Of a stretch of 64,000 nucleotides of DNA, positions 61,145 through 64,000 are shown in pieces. Source of the DNA: Chloroflexota bacterium (lineage in GTDB: Bacteria > Chloroflexota > Dehalococcoidia > Lucifugimonadales > UBA3495). Numbering within the stretch: position 1 is the first letter of the stretch; each line of letters begins with the position of its first letter. The translations under genes and the position numbers were made by a program. The stretch spans positions 117,497 through 181,496 of the forward strand of contig JAQBVF010000001.1 in NCBI GenBank assembly GCA_027623675.1, written 5' to 3'. Below the pieces are notes generated by a model. That model was given only the letters and a program-made list of their open reading frames with translations. It was not told the origin of the DNA and searched no databases.

Positions 61145-62797
61145 ATGACCAGCGAGCAAGCCCTGGATAGCACCGAACTGGATGTGGTGATCGTCGGCGG
61201 AGGAGTAAGCGGCTTATATGCCCTGTATTGCCTGCGCGAGCTCGGCTATCGGGTGAAAGTCTACGAGCAGGGTGGGGATGTCGGCGGCACCTGGTACTGG
61301 AATCGCTATCCAGGTTGTCGATGCGATATCGAAAGCCTTGAGTACTCATTTTCCTTCGACGAGAACCTAGAGCAAGAATGGCAGTGGCCTGAACGGTATG
61401 GCACCCAACCCGAGATCCTGCGTTACCTCAACCATGTGGTTGAGCGGCATGACTTGCGCAAAGACATCGTTTTCAACTGTCCGATCACGTCTGCAACGTT
61501 CAACGAGGAAGCGGACCAGTGGTTACTATTGACGGGAGAGGGACAACGTATAACTAGCCGGTTTTGCATCATGGCCACGGGCAACCTGTCGACACCTCGA
61601 GTTCCCGACTACGAGGGCTTAGATGACTTCCAAGGCAAGTGGTATCACACCGGGCAGTGGCCCCACGACGGTGTCGATTTCACTGGCCTGCGCGTTGGCG
61701 TTATCGGGACCGGCTCCTCCGGCGTGCAGTCCATCCCGATCATCGCCCGACAAGCAAGCCATCTCTATGTATTCCAGCGGACCCCACAATTCTCCCTGCC
61801 GGCCCGCAACGGCCCAATGGAAAGCGAGAAAGAGGCTGCGCACAAGGCCAACTACCGGACCCTCCGTGAGGCTGCCTTTGATACGCCTTTCGGCATAGCT
61901 GGTTATCCGCCACCAACACGGTCGGCACTAGACGTGTCGCACGACGAGCGGCAGGCCTCCTACGAAGAAAAGTGGGCCGAAGGGGGCAGTATCAGCTTTC
62001 TATACACCTACAAGGACCTCCTCACTAACAAGGAGGCGAATGATACCGCGGCCGATTTCGTGCGCGATAAAATTCGGCAGACCGTCAAGGATCCGAAAGT
62101 GGCGGAGAAGCTTATTCCGTACGACCACCCGATTGGGACCAAGCGCCTGATACTCGACAGCGGATACTTCGAGACCTACAACCGAGACAACGTCACTCTG
62201 GTCGACATTCGCGAAGCCCCAATCGAGCGATTCACCCCGGAGGGATTGCTGACAGCCGATGGGAACGATTACGAACTGGACGCGGTAGTTTTCGCAACCG
62301 GCTTCGATGCTATGACCGGGGCTCTGCGCAATATCGAACTGGACAATGGAGCAGGACTTACCATTCAGGACAAATGGTCGAATGGACCGCGTTGCTTCAT
62401 GGGGCTGGCGATGGCCGGCTTCCCAAACCTGTTCATGATCACCGGACCTCAGAGCCCATCGGTAAAAACTCAGATGATTCTGGGTGCCCAGCAGCATACT
62501 GATTGGATCGCCGAATTCCTGGAGTATATGCGACTCAACGGCTTTACCCGGTTCAATGTTGAGCAGCAGGCTGAGGATGCCTGGGTACAGCACAACAATG
62601 ACATCGCGGACTCGACGCTTTATCCACTAGCAAACTCTTGGTATGTCGGTGCCAACGTTCCGGGCAAACCCCGCGTCTTCATGCCATACGTTGGGGGCTT
62701 TGACCGCTACACGAGGGCCTGCGACGAGTTAGCCCAGAATGGTTATCCGGGCCTACAATTTAGTGGTCGCGGCCAAACAGTAAATGCGGCTGATTGA
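61145..62797 (+). CDS. Type I Baeyer-Villiger monooxygenase
   Basis: GGGVSG, GGTWYWNRYPG, fingerprint FQGKWYHTGQWP, GTGSSG, ATGFDA, SWYVGANVPGKPR. Confidence 0.93.
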   Translation: MTSEQALDSTELDVVIVGGGVSGLYALYCLRELGYRVKVYEQGGDVGGTWYWNRYPGCRCDIESLEYSFSFDENLEQEWQWPERYGTQPEILRYLNHVVERHDLRKDIVFNCPITSATFNEEADQWLLLTGEGQRITSRFCIMATGNLSTPRVPDYEGLDDFQGKWYHTGQWPHDGVDFTGLRVGVIGTGSSGVQSIPIIARQASHLYVFQRTPQFSLPARNGPMESEKEAAHKANYRTLREAAFDTPFGIAGYPPPTRSALDVSHDERQASYEEKWAEGGSISFLYTYKDLLTNKEANDTAADFVRDKIRQTVKDPKVAEKLIPYDHPIGTKRLILDSGYFETYNRDNVTLVDIREAPIERFTPEGLLTADGNDYELDAVVFATGFDAMTGALRNIELDNGAGLTIQDKWSNGPRCFMGLAMAGFPNLFMITGPQSPSVKTQMILGAQQHTDWIAEFLEYMRLNGFTRFNVEQQAEDAWVQHNNDIADSTLYPLANSWYVGANVPGKPRVFMPYVGGFDRYTRACDELAQNGYPGLQFSGRGQTVNAAD

Positions 62798-62870
62798 GGC
62801 AGCTTGCGCGCAAGCCTTGCAGTATACCGCTTAACATCTTGAGCACATCGGCAAAGGAAAAGGCCCGCAT

Positions 62871-63077
62871 CAGCACCTCCGCCCGTCGCCTGCCCGTGAG
62901 GATCAGGGTCAAGTTGATGGCCCGATCACGGAGGCCGATTGGGGTGTCGGGAACCGTGTTCAGAAGTTTCTTGATATCTGCGGAGGGTAAACCCCTGGGC
63001 AGCGCTGGCGCCGCTTTGGGGCGCTCAAGCTGGTCGCAGGGGTTGGCGGCCACCCGGCTCATGCGGACTAGAAATCT
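62871..63077 (-). pseudogene. Tyrosine integrase internal fragment
   Basis: RFLVRM..VAANPCDQLERPK...PRGL...IKKLL...GLRDRAI.LTLILTGRRRAEVL. Confidence 0.8.
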
Positions 63078-63164
63078 ATCGCTAAACTTTCTTGGGTATA
63101 ATCTACCAAATTTGTAAGCCCAGCGCGTGCCCTCGGGTAGGCGCAGCATCTCGGGGAGCAAAAC

Positions 63165-63899
63165 TTGAGTATCGACCGGCAGCGAGTGTCCCGCCGGGAC
63201 AAGGCAGTATTGGCGGAATTGTTCGAAACCCTTGCGGAGTCAAAAGGTTCTTGGAGAGAGAAGCCATTAACTGCTTTCGCGGCACTCAAGGGGTCGGAGG
63301 ACCCGTGCCTGCTAATGGTTATCGGTAGAGCGGTGAATGGTTGGAGGAAAGATAAGTGGTTCGCCGACGATATCAAGATTCCGGATAAGCGGTCGGAGAT
63401 TTTGGACGACACGTTCATCCCAACGACATGGCACGACAACGAACCGATGCGATGGGTAGACCTGGGATGGGGTGCAAGGGACCGGTACAACACTAAAAGA
63501 TCTGCGTTCTGGCGAGTCATACAGGCTTCAGCCAAGCAGCTAGGCATCGACGACATCGCTAAGATCTGTTGGACCAATCTATACAGGGTCTCGCCTCATT
63601 CGACTGGGAACCCATCGAGCCGATTGGCTGCCGCCCAATTTGACCATTGCCTCCAAATGCTCAAGATCGAGATAGAGGACTGGAATCCTCGCCGCCTTTT
63701 GTTTCTGACCGGGTATAGCTGGGCGAAACCATTTCTTGAAGGGTTGGGTTGGGAGCCGGATTTCAAAGTCCATAATGCGGCAGTGGAGGCTGCGGGATCT
63801 GCTCCGGATGGAACAAGAATCGTTGTTGCCCCACACCCTCAAGGGAAGCCTCAGAATAAACTAGTTTCGGCAATCATAGAAGCCTACAACCCGACCTAA
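63165..63899 (+). CDS. Uracil-DNA-glycosylase-fold protein
   Basis: LMVIGRAVNGW, SAFW, WTNLYR, EI....P..LLFLTG, PHPQ. Confidence 0.7.
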   Translation: MSIDRQRVSRRDKAVLAELFETLAESKGSWREKPLTAFAALKGSEDPCLLMVIGRAVNGWRKDKWFADDIKIPDKRSEILDDTFIPTTWHDNEPMRWVDLGWGARDRYNTKRSAFWRVIQASAKQLGIDDIAKICWTNLYRVSPHSTGNPSSRLAAAQFDHCLQMLKIEIEDWNPRRLLFLTGYSWAKPFLEGLGWEPDFKVHNAAVEAAGSAPDGTRIVVAPHPQGKPQNKLVSAIIEAYNPT

Positions 63900-63901
63900 T
63901 C

Positions 63902-64000
63902 GTGAAACTCGTTGTTGCAATGCTGGTAGCGAACCTGCTCCTTGCCTGCTCGACCACAGAGACTGTCACTGACCTGTTTGATCCGAGCGAGCGGTTCGAA
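63902..64000 (+). CDS. Putative lipoprotein (3' partial)
   Basis: MKLVVAMLVANLLLACSTTET..., lipobox LLAC; open to the window end. Confidence 0.5.
   Translation, partial: MKLVVAMLVANLLLACSTTETVTDLFDPSERFE

Larger units (their letters stand above)
55965..64000. mobile_element. Genomic island/integrative element inserted in comM (continues beyond the window)
   Basis: Gene interruption, att-like IR, visibly lower GC and altered codon usage, replication module, gene relics. Confidence 0.85.

Overview
A GC-rich bacterial chromosome segment. The gene content suggests Chloroflexota/Dehalococcoidia of the SAR202 type (F420/LLM oxidoreductases, NHL and DUF1800 proteins, translin homolog, SCP2-type thiolase); this is an inference, not a database result. 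Positions 1 to about 54.9 kb are mostly core genes (ilvB, fumC, mtaB, glnS, gltX, RluA family, lspA, ltaE, rarA, acyl-CoA carboxylase beta, folP/folK/folB, groEL, queG, xerD, uvrC, argH, rpe, rpmB, polA, thiE) mixed with redox enzymes and hypothetical proteins. At about 55,964 comM/yifB is cut inside a perfect 7-bp inverted repeat that looks like a serine-integrase att site. From there a mosaic genomic island runs past the window end: an orphan ORF, a satellite-like replication module (small ORF, AAA_25 helicase, putative ori, TubC_N-like protein), a truncated RecD2, a YgjP-like metallopeptidase, a Baeyer-Villiger monooxygenase, a tyrosine-integrase relic and a UDG-fold protein. Other points of interest are a nucleoid-protein-like wHTH gene preceded by a helically phased TTCC array, an LspA with a zinc ribbon, a tandem arrestin-fold protein, a translin-containing operon, a frameshifted orphan AbrB antitoxin, a REP-like palindrome and a candidate sRNA of about 100 nt. 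No tRNA, rRNA or CRISPR array was recognised. All family assignments come from motif recognition by eye.
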